NCBI GenBank assembly: GCA_040954595.2
Contig: CM082592.2
Coordinates: 11,441,912 to 11,505,911, forward strand
Origin: Balanoglossus misakiensis
Taxonomy: Eukaryota; Animalia; Hemichordata
Direction of reading: 5' to 3'
DNA length: 64,000 bases
Both the position numbers and the translations under genes were made by a program. Below are positions 37,614 to 52,900 of the stretch, piece after piece; position 1 is the stretch's first letter; every line of letters begins with the position of its first letter. Under the pieces are notes generated by a model. The model was not told where the DNA came from. It made no database searches and saw only the letters and a list, made by a program, of their open reading frames with translations.

Positions 37614-40600
37614 TTACATCAAGGCTGGGTCACTCTTCTCTGGCAAAAGCGCGACTCTGCTCGGCCGAGTGGTGATGAAGACCGGTTCTGACGCGGATGC
37701 GGCCAGAGCATCGGCAGCCTCTTTCTCCTTGATCTCCCGTGCTGCTTTCTTGCTGTACCAGTACAGGTAGATGGGTAGACCGTAGTTCACGAAGGACAGG
37801 ATGAGTAATATGATATTGACCTGTAAAGTATACAAGTGAACATTAGAGATGCAGGTTTTGTTGAGCATGTCGCAAATGTATCCAGGCACCCCTCCCTTCT
37901 GAAAATGCCAGAATCTAATTCCGCAAATGAAGCTGTGACTCATTTATTTTCGCATTGGATCTCTGTCAACATCTGCTATCAGTGTTTTTCTAGCACTGTT
38001 TATTTTATGATTTTCTTAATGAGGACTTTGGAATGGGTAGAGCGATAAGGCATGCACAGACAATGCGTGCAACATGGGCATGGTGGGGTTGTTGATAAAG
38101 TTATCAGTACTCCAATATCAGTGCATTATCAACTGTGATATATACGGTCTTCGTCAGCAACGAACTTTTTTGCAGAGTGTATTGCTGGAAACATGTTTAG
38201 GTCAGTTTGGGCCATGCATGCTGAATTTGGTGGGTATGTAGGCTCAAGTTCAATACTTGGGCAATTCTCCAAAAGATTTGTTACAAGAAGTCTAGCTGTT
38301 ATTTGCTGTTTTATCAGAAGAATGTCATGCTTGTCCATGAAGTGTGACATACTGACCAGGAATCTCACAAAAGACTTGACACACTTCATGATGGACGTTT
38401 TCATGACGCACAAAACTCTATCTTATTTGCCACTTGTCAATATTTGTGCGTTCTTTGAGTGACAGCGATGGTGACGCTGCAGAGATATGAATACTTACAT
38501 AAAATGGATCTTGATTGAGGGGCCCTTCGATGGCAATGAAGATTGGGTACTGGAGGAGGGCAAATGTGGCAGATATGAGAGACTGCAAACCAATAAGTCC
38601 TCCCTGTTGTGAGGCAGGATACCTAAAAGTAAAGCAAAATATATTGTAAGATTATTTTCTTCTCAAGTCAACAACATGACCATCTTCTGTGGATATCAGA
38701 CAAATATAGTTACAACGTTTCTGGTTTTGATCTTTGCGGCTAAAAATGAATTATTGAACTTACTGGAGAGCATACAGCGAACAGACTGCTGAATGGATGA
38801 AACCTCGGATGACTGTGTGTAAAATAAATGTTAAAATCTGAAAGAAAGAACACAAAAGGCGATATATTAAAATTTACAAATATCAAGTGTTAAACTACAA
38901 TGACATACTGCAAGAATCTGTCAGTTTCAAATATAATTTCACATTCACATGCGGGTGATTCCTCTGTCAAACAGGGGTGGTGGAAATGCTCACCTGGAGG
39001 GGCAGTATTGGGATGAGTACAAGGATGCCGAAAATAACACAGGCAGTGTTAGTGATCATGAAAGCCACGAAACCGTTGCGAAGTTTGCGAATCTTCAAAT
39101 GCATTCGTTTCTTCTTCTTCTTTGCACTGTTGGTGGAAGAACTGTTGGATTTCAACGATTTGTCTGAGCTGTCATTGGAATTTCCACTTCCTTCAGAGCT
39201 GATAGATTTCTTCTCTTCATTATCATCTTCCTCGGCAGCTTGTCCTTCCTCAACTTCGTCTTCCGGTTTCTTCTGTTTCGTTTTCCAGTCCATGATGACA
39301 CCGATCAAGGGACACGTCAGCAAACACAACATCTGAAGCCAACCGAAGATGGAGGCGTACAAATCCACTGCAAGAAAAGTCACAAAGACAATCCATCAGA
39401 ATTTCAGCCAACAATCACTTTAGAATGGTTACAAAAGAATTAATCACATGAGGGCTGAAGAGAGACCGAGTTCCAAAATCAGCCAGAGTGTGGCACAGAG
39501 GCGTACTTGACATGACTTTAATTCTTACCTGATTCCTCGTCACCGCCAGCGAACTTGGCCAACATTTGACTCAGCGAACCGATGAAGAATAGAAGACGCA
39601 ATTGTGTGATGCAAAGAACCACTACACTCCAAATAAAGATTGGACTGAAGCACGACTGAAGGAAAGTAGGTCCGGACGATGATTGAAATTTCAGTTCCAA
39701 GTTCATCCTGAAGAAAACGACAAACAGACAGCCAGACATCAGTAAACAGCAATGCAGAAATCAATTGAACGAGAAAAAAAAACTAATTCAGAAATGACTG
39801 AGATATATAAGAACAGTCTCATAAGAAGAACAGACACTCACTTGGAGCCATACATGTCACCCTGTTTTAGAACTTCTCCTGTACTCAGTCGACGACCAAC
39901 GCTGGAAACTCTACGATAGAAGTGTTTGCCAGAAACCTTGTTGTCCAACTTCAGAATGTTCCAATGAATTCTGTAAAAGAAAAAAGTGATAACATTAAAT
40001 GAGGATCATTAATGATAAACAGATGCATAATAGCTTGCACTGTTTTAGGAGTCTTTGTTTCTACAATGTTGCCAGTTGCAAAGACCAATCATGATGTTGA
40101 CGAGCGCCCTCTACTACATAAGTAAAAACATTTTTATCAGAGGTTATACTGTATAATAGACTGATTCCTACCCAAAGTCCTGGTCTTCTGGGTCTGCAAT
40201 GGGGTCTGATGGAACATTGAACCAACAGTTGAGGAAAACGAAACCGACACCAATAGCCAAACCTGTAAACATCTGCTGCCGAGTGACGCCGAAATCATAA
40301 AGAGCCTGGAGTGAAAAAAGAAGGGAAGATCCTTTAATACGGAATGAAGAATTTCAAAAATTACATGATGATACAAAATATCAGTGGCATTCACTGCAAA
40401 CAAGTGAGGCATGTGTGCCAGACATTCAACAGACAAAAAAGTCCCCTGAGCCAAAAACCCACCTTCATGATGGCGAACAGAATAGCAGATGAAGCATATG
40501 AACCAATACAGAGACTGATGATGGTTGATCTCTTGTGTCCAAATAAGTTAGAAATCTGAAATAAAATTAAAACAGACATTGTTTGTGTTAGAATTTCACA

Positions 40601-43600
40601 GATATCATTTACTTTTAATTGGATACATTCCATTACAAAATATAAAATTCTGCACGAGTAAATCGCAAAATGTAGGTTGGGTTCAACGTGTCCTTCTAGT
40701 TGAGATTCAAAGCATGAAATCCATTTGCAAGTCTGAGGAGTGAGTAAGACCTTTTATGCATCAAGTAATGGATGTCACTTCTGCGGCATTTGAGCATTTA
40801 CAGCCTCATTTTGTATGAGTCAAACGTCCTATTTTGTGTTTTGACTGAAAATGCGTTTTTGTTTGAGCCTTACCTGAAGTGAGGTAAAGAGGATGGTGAT
40901 TCCACCAACGCCATTGCACGCTACGGCAGGGAATAGCAACCAGGCTGAGTCGTGAGGGTGAGCATATCCGAACATGAAACACGACATTCCAAACAACAAA
41001 CTGAAATAAATAACAAAGAGAATTGTCAGTGTCTTGCAACATTGACATTTTTCTTGCAAATAGTTAATTTATTTTGTCAATTTTGAAATGGCATCCTGAC
41101 AAATGACTGAATTTGTTATGCTTTTTTTTAATCAAAAGCACGAACTGTTATGTAGATGTAAAGTTTTCCCTTACCAGCCAACCATCCGGAGAATTCTGGA
41201 ACCAAACTTATCCATGGCCATTCCGATTGGGAAAGTCATACCACTCAGCAAGAATGATCCCACTGTGAATGCCAAGTTGAGTCGGGAATCTTGAGCAGAA
41301 CATCCCAAGTGTCCATGTTGGCCATCTTGTTCCGCAACTGTGCCGTTGTTCGTGTTGTTGTACAACACTGGGGCTGTACCATTGCTTGCATCAGTCCCAT
41401 TATGTTCGCTGCCTGGGTGATCCAAACAAGAAGCAAACAGATTTAGATTCAGATATAGAATTTTATCAGCCTTATAATGGAGTACGCCCAATTATACTGC
41501 TTAAGATAAGACAGAATTTTTAAGCCATTCTCCTGATAGAAATTCGAGTAGAAATGGCCATAAATACCAAATCTGTAATTAGTCTCTTCGGTGGGTTTAG
41601 GCCTATTGGACAATTTAAAGATGAGATGATTTAAACTTGCGATCATCATCAGTTTCTGAAAATGCTTTCAGCACAATGGGCAAACTCACGTTAAAATGCC
41701 TTTAAAATTACCTTTTAAAAGTCTAAAATTAAATGCTTATATTGGTGTGTGTATATTGCAGTTGTATTGTACTTGACAAGTCTATAGCCTATAAGTATTT
41801 GCCTCTAGGTAAGGGGATATACATCAGTCATTGTAATCTTTGTGCATTTGATTGGGGGTCTGTAATTCATGGGATGCCATTAACATCAGGTGATGTTTTG
41901 GGTAAACAAGCGGGCAGTGTGCAATAAATCAAGTCCAGGGCAGCTCTTAGCATTGTCCCCCATATCCCAGCTGCAGGACTGTTTCTGCATCATGGGATTG
42001 TTATAAACACTGCAGAGTTTGCATGGTCTTGATTATTACAAACCGAGAAAAAATGATAATGACATCCAAATCAAGGGGAGAGGTGCTTATATAGTTCCGC
42101 TACTCGGCCAAAATTCCTCATCTCGTCTAGACCACAAAAACCGAAACAGTTATTGAAATCTATAAGCTGGATAATTATGTAACCTTATATGTTTTCCTTG
42201 GGGATATTTAGAACTGCTTTTAAGATAAAGATAGAGGGTGCTTAGCAGAGATAGTCTGCTTTTAAGGATACTTGGTTTAGATTAAATAACAGCATATGTG
42301 TTGTCAGTGTGTGTTTAGCACAGTGGCGTGATGGTGGCCATTGTATACAGATGATATGTAAACAAGTTTTTGGTTCATATAGCCCATTTTATGTATGAAT
42401 ATGGTATGAATACAATATTAAATGAAAAGTACTGTTTCCGTTTGTTCAAGTTCAATTACTCAGACATGACTTCAGAGGGGTACAATTTTGCGTGCATCTC
42501 CACTTAACAATCTGCAAATTTTGGCACATTTATGACTGCACTCAGGCTCGTGCATACGGAACAGTCATGTGGCTGATGGACACATGTTTGGCAACTGTCT
42601 GCAATCTGATTGGCTAACTGTCTGGGTTTTTTGCCACTATGACAAATTTTCATGAGGACTAAGTCCAATGTTTCAAAGGTACTGCAAAGCACCTTGTACG
42701 CACCGTTTGATAACATAGACAATTTATCAATCCCCTGAAAGATAAACACATCTTCCAATTGATAAACTTTTTTTTTTACTTTGTGGCACTTGTGAGCATA
42801 AACAATGAAGTAGGTCTCAAACAGAAAGGTCGAAATCAAAGTACGCTTTTAGCTGCGTCTGCTTGATAATGAGCTGTCACATGATTTAATTAGGATCCAA
42901 AATAACTGGGCCATCATTAAGTCAGCTGATGAGAGAAAAAACCCACGGTTACTTCTAGCAACCGACTACCACCAAGAATATTCAAAGAACAATCTTCCCA
43001 CTCGAAACACTGTATCAAGCAAAGCTTCATCTCAGATAGGCAGTCACGCGATGTGCTGTAATGTACAGCAATTCAGTATTGGTATACAAGTGTTATTATA
43101 CATGTAACTCGCAATCAGAGTGCCAAGTACTTCATCTTTCCAACTACCACCATAAAACTACAGATAAAAGCACTCATCGCTGTGTTTTGTGTTTGTTGGC
43201 TTCCATAGCCTGTTTTATTCCCTACCGACGAGTACATATGGCCAGATGTACCGTTTACGGTCATTCTTAAACCACACAGTGAACAACCACTGAAACTTTA
43301 CTTTGTTGTTTTTTTGCTCATGAAATAGGTAACATCTTGCTGAAGCTCAGAAACATTTCAATTTTCTATCCAACATTTACAATGTACGTGAAGCAATTCA
43401 TAGAGAGTGGAAAAATTGATGATTCAGCAGATATTAATAATCCCTAACAAATGTTGCCATAATCTCTGACCAGTGAAATACCGACAGCAGTACAAAGTGT
43501 GTCCGGTCGAAAACATCAAAGCTTGGATTATTTTAAATGGACAACCAATCAGACAAAAGGTGTACGAACTTTTACGTCTTGCGTAGATTAAAACAGATAT

Positions 43601-45053
43601 CTGTCGCATGACATTAGAGTTTCACAGATTGCAATCGGCAGACAACTGCCAAGTCATTTTCTAAGTTTTCGTGCTGTGCCTGCAAAATTACACCTCAGCA
43701 CTTTAAAGTGCATCTCAGGTTTCAGAGAAAAATGCAGTACCGGTACATTAGATTTTATGGGATCGTTGCAACTATCTATCACACACAGTTCCAAACATTA
43801 ACGCATGAACCCTCTCACCCCCATAAACTCTGTATAGAGGTCCAAAGACAGCACTCAAAACGAAGGTGTTGAAAGGGTTATATCACCTGAGTGAACATCA
43901 CCTTTTGAGTCAAAGGTTTTTTTTGTATCCACAGGTGAGAATGGAATATTTACAACATTACAGTTAACATTTGCCAAGGTGTGAAATTACAAGATTAGTG
44001 ATCCCAGAGAAGAGACAACTAAAAGATTATTTTAATCTGTTAAAATTTGCATATAACTGTTGCGATATATCTCAGGTAGTCCTTGAAATGATTGGCTGAT
44101 TAGCAAAGTGTCACCAAGGTCTCTCCTATATTCCTTTAGACAACCTTGGTGAGTATATACTCTCATTGATGCCTCAAACTTTTGTTCTGATTGACAATGA
44201 AGCAAGCAGACAAAGGATATTTGGTTTGTTACACAATCGAACTCAGTCTTCGATAATGAAGTGAATATGCCTGCCCAGTCATTGATCAAACCTGACATGA
44301 TATGTAAATCTCACCCTCGCGCCGTATCTAATAAACATTTGGCAAAACAAATACTAACATGGAATTGTGTAATTGTACATGAGTTAAATGTTGCTGCATT
44401 GGGGCTCCCTATCTCACAGGTGTCAAGTCCAAAAGTAACATCTACCGGTATGTCAGAGTTCACAAAGTTTTGCGCTACGCACCAACTTTGACAAGATACA
44501 TGCAGTTACACACGTTGCATTTCTGTGGGTTGCCCTGCCCTTACAATAAACGTTCTGACGCGACGTTCATCGAATTTCTATGGACGTTCGTAGATTTCTA
44601 TGTTTAGACCATTTTTCTATTGAATTCTATGGAAAAATGACTGCTATAGTACTCTGTAGAATGTTTCAAAGAGGTACAACAATGGTAATAAACATTTTCA
44701 CTGATTAACATACAATGGCAAAATGATAAAAATATCCACAGAAACCCCAGATTATATTATTATTATTAGCAGCAATTTCAATTTATCATAATACTATTGT
44801 TTTTATACAAAGAAAATTATTTTCCATGGCAGTACAGTTTAGCTTGTTATCATTGACCATTTCAGGGACTGGATCAGAAAAAGATGGCTTACTTACCCTC
44901 ACAAAGGTGGCCGTAGAAATCATCTCCTGTCAGGATGAGTAACAGAGATCCCCAACCGAGGAGAACAGCCGAGAAAAACAGATTCTCCACAATGACGCTG
45001 CTTCCCACCAGCCAGTATCTCCTGTTTTTAGCTGTTAATATATTTGGTGCCAT
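37614..45053 (-). CDS. SLC43A2: SLC43 family large neutral amino-acid transporter (LAT3/LAT4, SLC43A1/A2-like), 611 aa
   Basis: Eleven phase-consistent exons, 1836 nt in total: 45053-44897, 41412-41175, 41000-40874, 40555-40463, 40305-40172, 39970-39842, 39707-39529, 39367-38994, 38837-38764, 38622-38499, 37820-37614. Motifs MAP...[68 protein letters not shown]...AFMITN...[20 protein letters not shown] and [14 protein letters not shown] match SLC43A1/A2. Confidence 0.93.
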
Positions 45054-47687
45054 CTGACAAAAGAAAGAGAGAGAAAGTCTTAGTGGTTTGAACAATAAAA
45101 TAGATTTTGCACATTGTCTTACTTTTTGTATTTGAAATCAAACTTTATGGGGTGAAAAATTGACAGTCAAATTGAGGAATAAAATTGTAGATTAATTACT
45201 GCTCACTTTTTGGAAGCTAAAATATTTGCTTTCCGTTTCCAGATAAACGTACTGAACAATGTGAAAAGTTTAGTAGCCACCGCAGCTGGGCTAAGTGGAG
45301 TTAGGCAAGTCCCGGGGAACAATAGGTAGTAAAAGTGTGGGTGACGCCTAACCGCTCTTCCAAATATGGGCATTGATGTAACATCACATGACGAGTTGTT
45401 TTTCACAACTTCAAGGCTACCGGGTAGGATGTAAGCCTTCAGTTATTTCATCGGCCTTTTGAGAACAATGCATACTTAACATCGCTCTCACGGCCTTAGT
45501 CTGGTTTCCCCGGGGAAGCTTTTTTGTTGCGGATATTAATAGTGAATAGTCTGCAAATCTACACTCAGACGTTTCTAAATTTTGCTTTAAGTTAGGCCTT
45601 ATCAAAAGAAATAGGAAAATTGAAGCCAAAAAGGTTAAAATAAAACGCGAACTGCTGTTTCAATGTAAGTTATTGTAGCATTTGGAGATAAAACTGTGCA
45701 AAATATTTTAAATCATGATTTTTTAAAAATCTTTCTTTGTTTCCCTCCATTTTTTGCTTTGAAAATCGAATGTTTAATTAGATGTTTCCAAATTATACAA
45801 AAAGAACGAGCAAAAAACTAAAATGTCTTCTTTATAATTTATTGATCACTTTTCTTGTTTGATTCTCTTATTTGCTTTTATTTGTGTCTGTAATCGATCG
45901 ATTCAATATTTTCGACGACAATTGCAACCTGCTTCGTTCAGGAAACTACTTTCATTAATATTAAGCATACTACATCTCCTGATCTTTTTTACGGCATTAA
46001 CTCGTTCCCTGATTGGCTAACGATGAAGTTGTTTTTCTCCTACCCTGGCAGACATCGCTTGGCCACTGTTGCTACAGGCAACCGAAGGTGTGTACGATCT
46101 AGCTGAAACCGGATTTCTATCTCATGAATTATTAATATCAAGCATCACGAAATATGATCTAATATTACGTTGTTGAATCAATTGTACAGTACTGTAACAT
46201 AAACAATACAATTACAAGGCTATTGTTATCGCAGATTTAGCTGAATAAGCACATCTCTCACTAACGATCGTAAAATCTTCACAATCAGCAAAATATTGAA
46301 TCATCGACATCATTTTTTTATATTCAAATGTGCTTTGAAATCGAGAATGAACGATCTGGGGAAAGGGGGAAGATGATAAAATAAATTAAATTACATTACT
46401 CTTTCTAATACAGCTTAGACAATCGATAAGCATTGAGGTGTGCCTTCAGTTGCGCTTTATTTCTCATCCGTCCGTGTGTTTTTTTTTCTAATAAAAGCAA
46501 CTGAGATATGTCTTTCATCAAGAGCTTTTGTTTTATCTCGTGATGAAGCTAAAAAAATAAATTCAGTTCAAGACTCATTCTGCTTAAAGGCAGAGGTATA
46601 CCGAGTACGTGTCTCAGCTGCCAGTGGACAACGTGGGACAGTCCGGGTGTTGAAACGCGCGGCGATTTCGAAACACGTTGTCCTCCCACGCATTTTGCGA
46701 AGTACAGCTAAACGAACGCCAGACAAGGACGGACGAATGATCGAATGAGTCATGCGATAAGCTTTCACATTGCTGCGAAAGTCCCACATTCGACATTGTG
46801 AGCAGATAAGGGTCGTCTAGGACACGTGGAAAACATATAAAACGCGTGTGAAATTTGAAACAAATCACATTTTCAGGCAGGAAAGTAAAATTCAGTATTA
46901 TAACGTGTTTTTTTTCCAATGAAGTAAATGAATAATATATAAGGTTCTTATAATTGTAACACGATTTATTTTATTTTCACCATACTATTATATTAGTATT
47001 CTCACTGCTGTTCCGCATTTAAATGATAAAACAAAATTTGAAATTATTAATTCAATTGATGGCTCACTAATGGGGTGATTTTTAATAATGATGAACATTA
47101 ATTGTCCAGTCAACGTTTCGCAATCCCATTATCACAGAAGATTGGCTGGTGGTCGCGTACCGACTGAAGTGGGACTTTTGGCTTGGTTTCAAGATACAAT
47201 ATTTAAAGTAAATGAGGGAACTCCCAACTTATATTGCATTCGGTTCGCGTAAAGGTCCATGTGCTACTGAGGCAAAGCGAGCACGTAACGTTTTCTAGCC
47301 AGAACGCTAACGATTGCGCCCAGCTCAGCAAAAACGGTCGAGGCGGAAGACAAGGCATGGTCGGTATTGCCTAATCGTTGGTCGTCTCGGCGTACCCGGA
47401 ACAGTTCAGCTTAGGACCGAATGCTGATTTTTATCCGTACAGATTGTTTTATATTAAACCAGACTTGTTTTTAATCGGAATAATATATCCCTTTTTTACC
47501 TTTTGACAAATCTGTTTAAAATATTACCACGTAACCACCTCGTAATAACTTTGAGTCTTTTTGACAAAGAAACTGCAGACGACAGGCGACCTGTCAGACC
47601 GTTCCCGTGGTTGCATAAACACCAACGAGATTAAATATAACATAGGACAAATAATTACTGATAGAATAAATTAATAATGAGACTTAC

Positions 47688-47960
47688 CTTAATACCGTGT
47701 TCTTGAGTTTGATGTTACAGAGAAATGATCTGCGATGCGTTTTCTTTCTTTCCAGTCAAATCCTCGGGAAAGCGACCCACTGCTCACCGTTCCGTCGTCA
47801 GCTTGTGAGTGAAGGCCTCGACGCTACGAAACAGCTGATCTATCAGCTGATGAAATCTACCAGCTGATTAATGTTTATTCATTACGCGTGCCGTGGGTGT
47901 GCGCCATTGTGAAATCTACTCCGTATTGTTACATGAGCCAATCACGTCCCGTTAAATTCG
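47688..47960 (-). promoter_or_regulatory. Probable non-coding first exon and promoter of the SLC43 gene
   Basis: Strong donor AAG|gtaagt at 47688/47687. The SLC43 ATG directly follows an acceptor (tgtcag|ATG), so a 5'UTR exon is required. CpG-rich, with three CAGCTG E-boxes (47832, 47844, 47861), TGATGAAAT (47848-47856) and AGCCAATCACG (~47936). Confidence 0.55.
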
Positions 47961-49947
47961 ATAACGTGTTGTCAACTCTATTGTGTGGCCATTGACACAC
48001 CTCCGTGCAAACCCGTGGCTCCCATAAAGCCACACCCCTTATAAGACTTAGCACAGACAATGGTCTCATAGGTACGCATAGGTAATAGAAATACTTGTAT
48101 TTTATATTCCGTATCATGTTTTTAGTTCTGCTGCCGCAAATATATACAAATAATGTTAGTATAAGTAGAAATAGGTGGTCATGACCACGCAACAACGTTA
48201 ATTTATCGGAGTCTCTGCAGCGATATACACCAGGTACCCCTTTTGTGAAATGGAAGAGGCCAACTTGTTTTTCTCAACGGTTCTCTGCGCTCGGAAAAAT
48301 ATCTTTTGTTCCCTGTGAGTGGGCCCAAACGACGAATTTTCATTTTCGAGGGATGATGTCAGACAAAACGACAAAAACAATTTCGAGTCATTTCGCAATG
48401 AATGTGACAATACCCCAATACCGACAAATGATGCTACACAAAGCCGCATAGAGGCTATAACAGTAATGATTTAAGTTTTAAAAATATAGACACTCTTTTG
48501 TCTTAAGCGTCTATGTCAAAATCCATTCGTCTCTCAGATATTTCATTTGAGCCAATGTCTCTGGAATTTAATCTGCGGAAATTTTATTGATGGAATCAAG
48601 AGTCGTAATTCGATGAATACAACACTACTTCTGGCAATGCGGACTCGGGTACTAGGCCAGGCTTTTCTTAAAAGTTTTGCCGAAATAGACAATAAGGGAC
48701 CCCTAACTGAGAAGTACAATGGCCAAAAAAAAGTCTGTCAGTGTCACGTTCAAGGTCGGCCTGTGTGGCAAGAGCACAGTGTCCCCCCCCGGGGCCTGGC
48801 CTCACCGATCAGACCACCTTGCCAGTATCTGCAACATCTCCAATTTCACGCCCCTCCGAAAATAATCAAACGATATTGCGTGCACGTGATCTCGTGCAAG
48901 TTCAGGCAAAAAGCACAAATTTGACAAAAAGTACTGCATTTTACTATTTTATCTCTTTCCGCTGACAAGGTCAACGTGAAAGTGCTAAGGTTGTTCTTCA
49001 TCACTCCACGGTCACTAGAAGTGACCGTGATCACTCAACTTTTGAAGATCTTTCATCAACTTGTCAACTCCAAAAACTACAAATAATTGTGGTGCATCGG
49101 ATTCAATTATGCTCAACAATCGCAATGCTGACCACAGCTTGACATGTTTTGAAATTCTTACGTCCGGCATCCTTAAAATGACTGGACTCACGTAATGACC
49201 GAAACACTACTGGTGGATGCACACGTCCGTTAAGACTCATGTTTGCTTTGAGCTCACCTATGAAAGCAGGGCAAGGTACCCACCCTTAAAACTATTTTGC
49301 CGAACTCCATTTCACCGTGGTGTTTTTTGCATTAACGGCCGATTTATCGATTACGTACAGCCCCGCTGCTTTGCCCGGTTGGCCTTATACGTACGTGTGC
49401 ATAACAGCGATTTCAAATATTAATAGCCTTCGCGAAGGGTGGGGAACGTAGTGGCACAATGCTTATATGCAAATGAGCAGTGACGTCAAGGAAGGAAAAG
49501 CTGTATGCTTGAGATTCTGTCCGATGTGAAGCTGACCAAATTTGACAAACACTTTTGTCAATCTGGTTGAAGAGAATTGTTTTTGGAAGAAAAGGGGAAC
49601 AAAAGAATGAGAAGCAAAAGGAAGAGGGGCTCCCCATATAAAAAAGTCCACGTGTTTTCCAACAATCAGGAGACAGAGAAGCGCTAAAAGAGCGTAAAAA
49701 TCCCAAAGCGACCTACTTCTTGTGATTTGGCTGCACAATTTAGCTGTTTTTCAATTTTGACCTTCTGAATGAATTTCACGGCCATGCAGCCGGGCTGATG
49801 GTCAAAACTGCCGGAGATATGGTAATATCCAAAGGAAATTTACCACATTCATCGGATGACACGAGAGAGGGGGAGCCGGGAGGGAGGGGGGACAGAAAAA
49901 GGGAGAGAGAGTCAGTCCCGAAACCGAGTCGCTTTGTACGACATGTG

Positions 49948-49977
49948 AGGAGAGAGAGAGAGAGAGGGGAGAGAGAG
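49948..49977 (+). repeat. (GA)n purine-rich microsatellite
   Basis: aggagagagagagagagaggggagagagag read directly. Confidence 0.8.
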
Positions 49978-52900
49978 TTTAACTATTACAGGCATTCAAA
50001 TCACAGACAAAGAGTCTACCAACGAAAGTGCCTGAATAGCTTACAGTTCCCTTCTCTCGGATAATCAAAATCGACAAAGTAGGCTAATTGGTCACCGGGT
50101 GAATAAGCTACAGCAGATGGAGTGACGGGACTTGCATGCAAATTAACACACATCGAGGCTTAGACTCCTTGCAGTGATGAAGAGACTTCATCTGCTCGCT
50201 TGTTGAATTATATGAACACCTGTGATTGATTGATCGACTGTGATCTTTAACGATGTACAGAGCTTGCCGACATATTCCAGATATACCTGGTATAATCATT
50301 TCCTAAGTCGCTCTTATCGTCATCACTCGTAAATAAAAATTCCAATCCAAAGTGCTGGACAGATTTATTTGTGGGCAACGATGTAGGATTCGGATTAATA
50401 GGTGTTTCCTTCATCAAAAGCGAGGTCGAGGTGTTACAAGTGTTTGCACCTAGTCCTCCCGACAAAAAGCCAGTATAGTCACGTATGATTACATATTTTG
50501 CATCGGTGCGACACGAACCATGTGGAATGGTTCACAATAGCAAATGATGAGGAAACGAATAACCTGTTGTTCATCATTCATTCTTTGCGTGAAAATGATG
50601 TCAGATGAATAATGATTCAATAGCCATCATGATTTACGTCAGCAAACAACTGATCTTCGGAACATTCATGGTGATATCTTTTGCCTCTTTGGTGGTTAAC
50701 GACCTGAAAGTTTTGGAAATCCATTTATTGGTTGAAAAAGGGTCACCCTTCCTATTGCACCAACTAAACTCCGTACCGAGCACTCTTCAAAGGCAAACAA
50801 ATGAAAAGACGCACAACACCAGACTCTATTATATAATTGGCTGTAAAGCCGTCCATCTGACAACTGTACTGCAGAGTCTCAGGACGAAATGTGATGTTTT
50901 TCACGTACGCCAACAGAATGCATGCACTACACAAATGCGAATATCCCATCGGGTGTTGACTGTTACCGACGACATAGACACTGCAATGTGCTCCAAAAAT
51001 TGTCTCGGGTCAAGGAAAGGCCAACCGGGTTACCGAATAAACAGGGCCGGGCGGTCAAAAGTTTAGAAGTTGCCGGTGTTACTGAAATCAAAACAACTCA
51101 AGAGCCGAAAAGCGTCAAACTTTGAAATTATTGCTGTTTTGTTAAATTGGTCTTCTTACTCAAAGTGTCTCGTTCATAACCGATTCGTGACTGATATTGA
51201 TTTTGTGATGTAATTGTGGTACGTACCACATGACAATTCAGTTGACCGCAACATAAGGTGAGGCCACAGTCCCGCATCCGACGTTCATCGTTTGTACGTG
51301 TATAATTTCTCATTATCTTACAGTAAACGATGCGAAAATACTAATGCAATTTATAGGGTCGGCAATACTCGTAGTTGCCTGTCACCGTGGTTCAAGTTTG
51401 AAAGTTCACAAAAAGTTTCAAAGTCTATTTGAGAATCACACAGTCAGTTTCCCTCTGCTTCTTGTCACTTTTATTTACCCCCACGACTCTCTTCACTTGC
51501 AGAAAAGTAGTTACGCATTAGTCGTTTCGATATATGTTCAATTTATGATGTTCGTTCAAATCTGTATCAGGTCGCTTGGTAGCGTTATCACGGGCCAGGC
51601 CATTATTGTATAAGGCGTGTTACCCTTACAGACAGGCAGAGCCAGGTGTTGCCGGTACTGCTTTGGGGTCAACAAGAGGTCATTCTTATTCTGTGTCATA
51701 AATGTCATTTGGGAATCTCATTTGAGTATTACTTTTAATATAAGCGTGTTTCCTTTTCATAATTCAAGAGTATCGTTTTAAGTATTGGAGGCTTCTTACT
51801 TGACAATATAACGAAAGATATTACTGGACGTTTTGAACCAGAAAGAAAAATTGAGTGCACGCGTCATTTCAAGATGGTAAACCACTTAACTTTGAAAATA
51901 TAATACTTATTAAGTGGAGGAGAAGTTATTTTTAGCCAGCAATTCGATAAGAACGTTGTCAAACTTCTACACATTTGACATATCGGCGATAGTATAACTG
52001 AGCTGGTGATTCCTGCTTGTTTTGAGGCTCTGACAACTTTCATTATTTTTGTGTGTTGATTTACTTCTTCAAGACGAGACAATGTGTCTAAAACTCTCAG
52101 GTGTGTTTGGGGCAAAAACTGTCTGTACGTCAAAAGACCCGGATTCCCCCCGAGTCAGACCACTGCTGGACACAGTTGACAATTCAATTCTACGAAATCA
52201 TGACCTAAAATAGATGAGTGGGATTTTCCGGGTGGCATTTTACGCTGACGCTTGTGAACTGTAACATGTTACTCTGATAATGATCCATAAATTATCATCG
52301 ACACCTATACCTCAAGACTCGGTAAGGCGCATGGAACTGGAACAACCATGAGAAAGACGGAAGTGGTGAAAATTTTTACTCTCTTTATATATGGTGGCCA
52401 AGACCAGCCACACGAGGGGCGTGATTCACTCTTGTAAGTTCGTAACAAACAACCCGACCTACAAGTTAACCTTTTTTGGTGTTATAGTGTCTTTTGCAGA
52501 AATGGGATATGGAACAAGAACTGAAAAGAAAAGGAATACAGTTTTGAAGTAAACAACGCAATTACCAAGTTCTGAATACCACAGATGAGCAATTCAATAA
52601 CATGATATTGAACATGCAGGCATCATTGTATGTAAATGAGTTACCCTTTGACCTCGATTTGCATATCATTAGCATGCCAGCCCACAAACGCTGGGCTTGT
52701 TTGTTTCAAGCAAGCTCCAAGTGTTTTTGAAGTCCACTGTTGCTAGGATACCATGAGTGACCTTGTTTCTGAACACATCCATCTTACTTCTGGAAAAGCG
52801 TGTCACAAATTTCAGAGGAAGGGGGGTGTTTTTTGCTACAGCACCTGTGACAATGACATAGGGAAAGGGTTCAAATTCATCCGCCTCAAAACAAGACAGT

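Noticed and set aside
46589-46640. miR-22-like seed (CAGCTGCCAG) with a short hairpin in SLC43 intron 1
   Set aside because: The stem is too short and irregular for a pre-miRNA, and the 3' part does not match the family.
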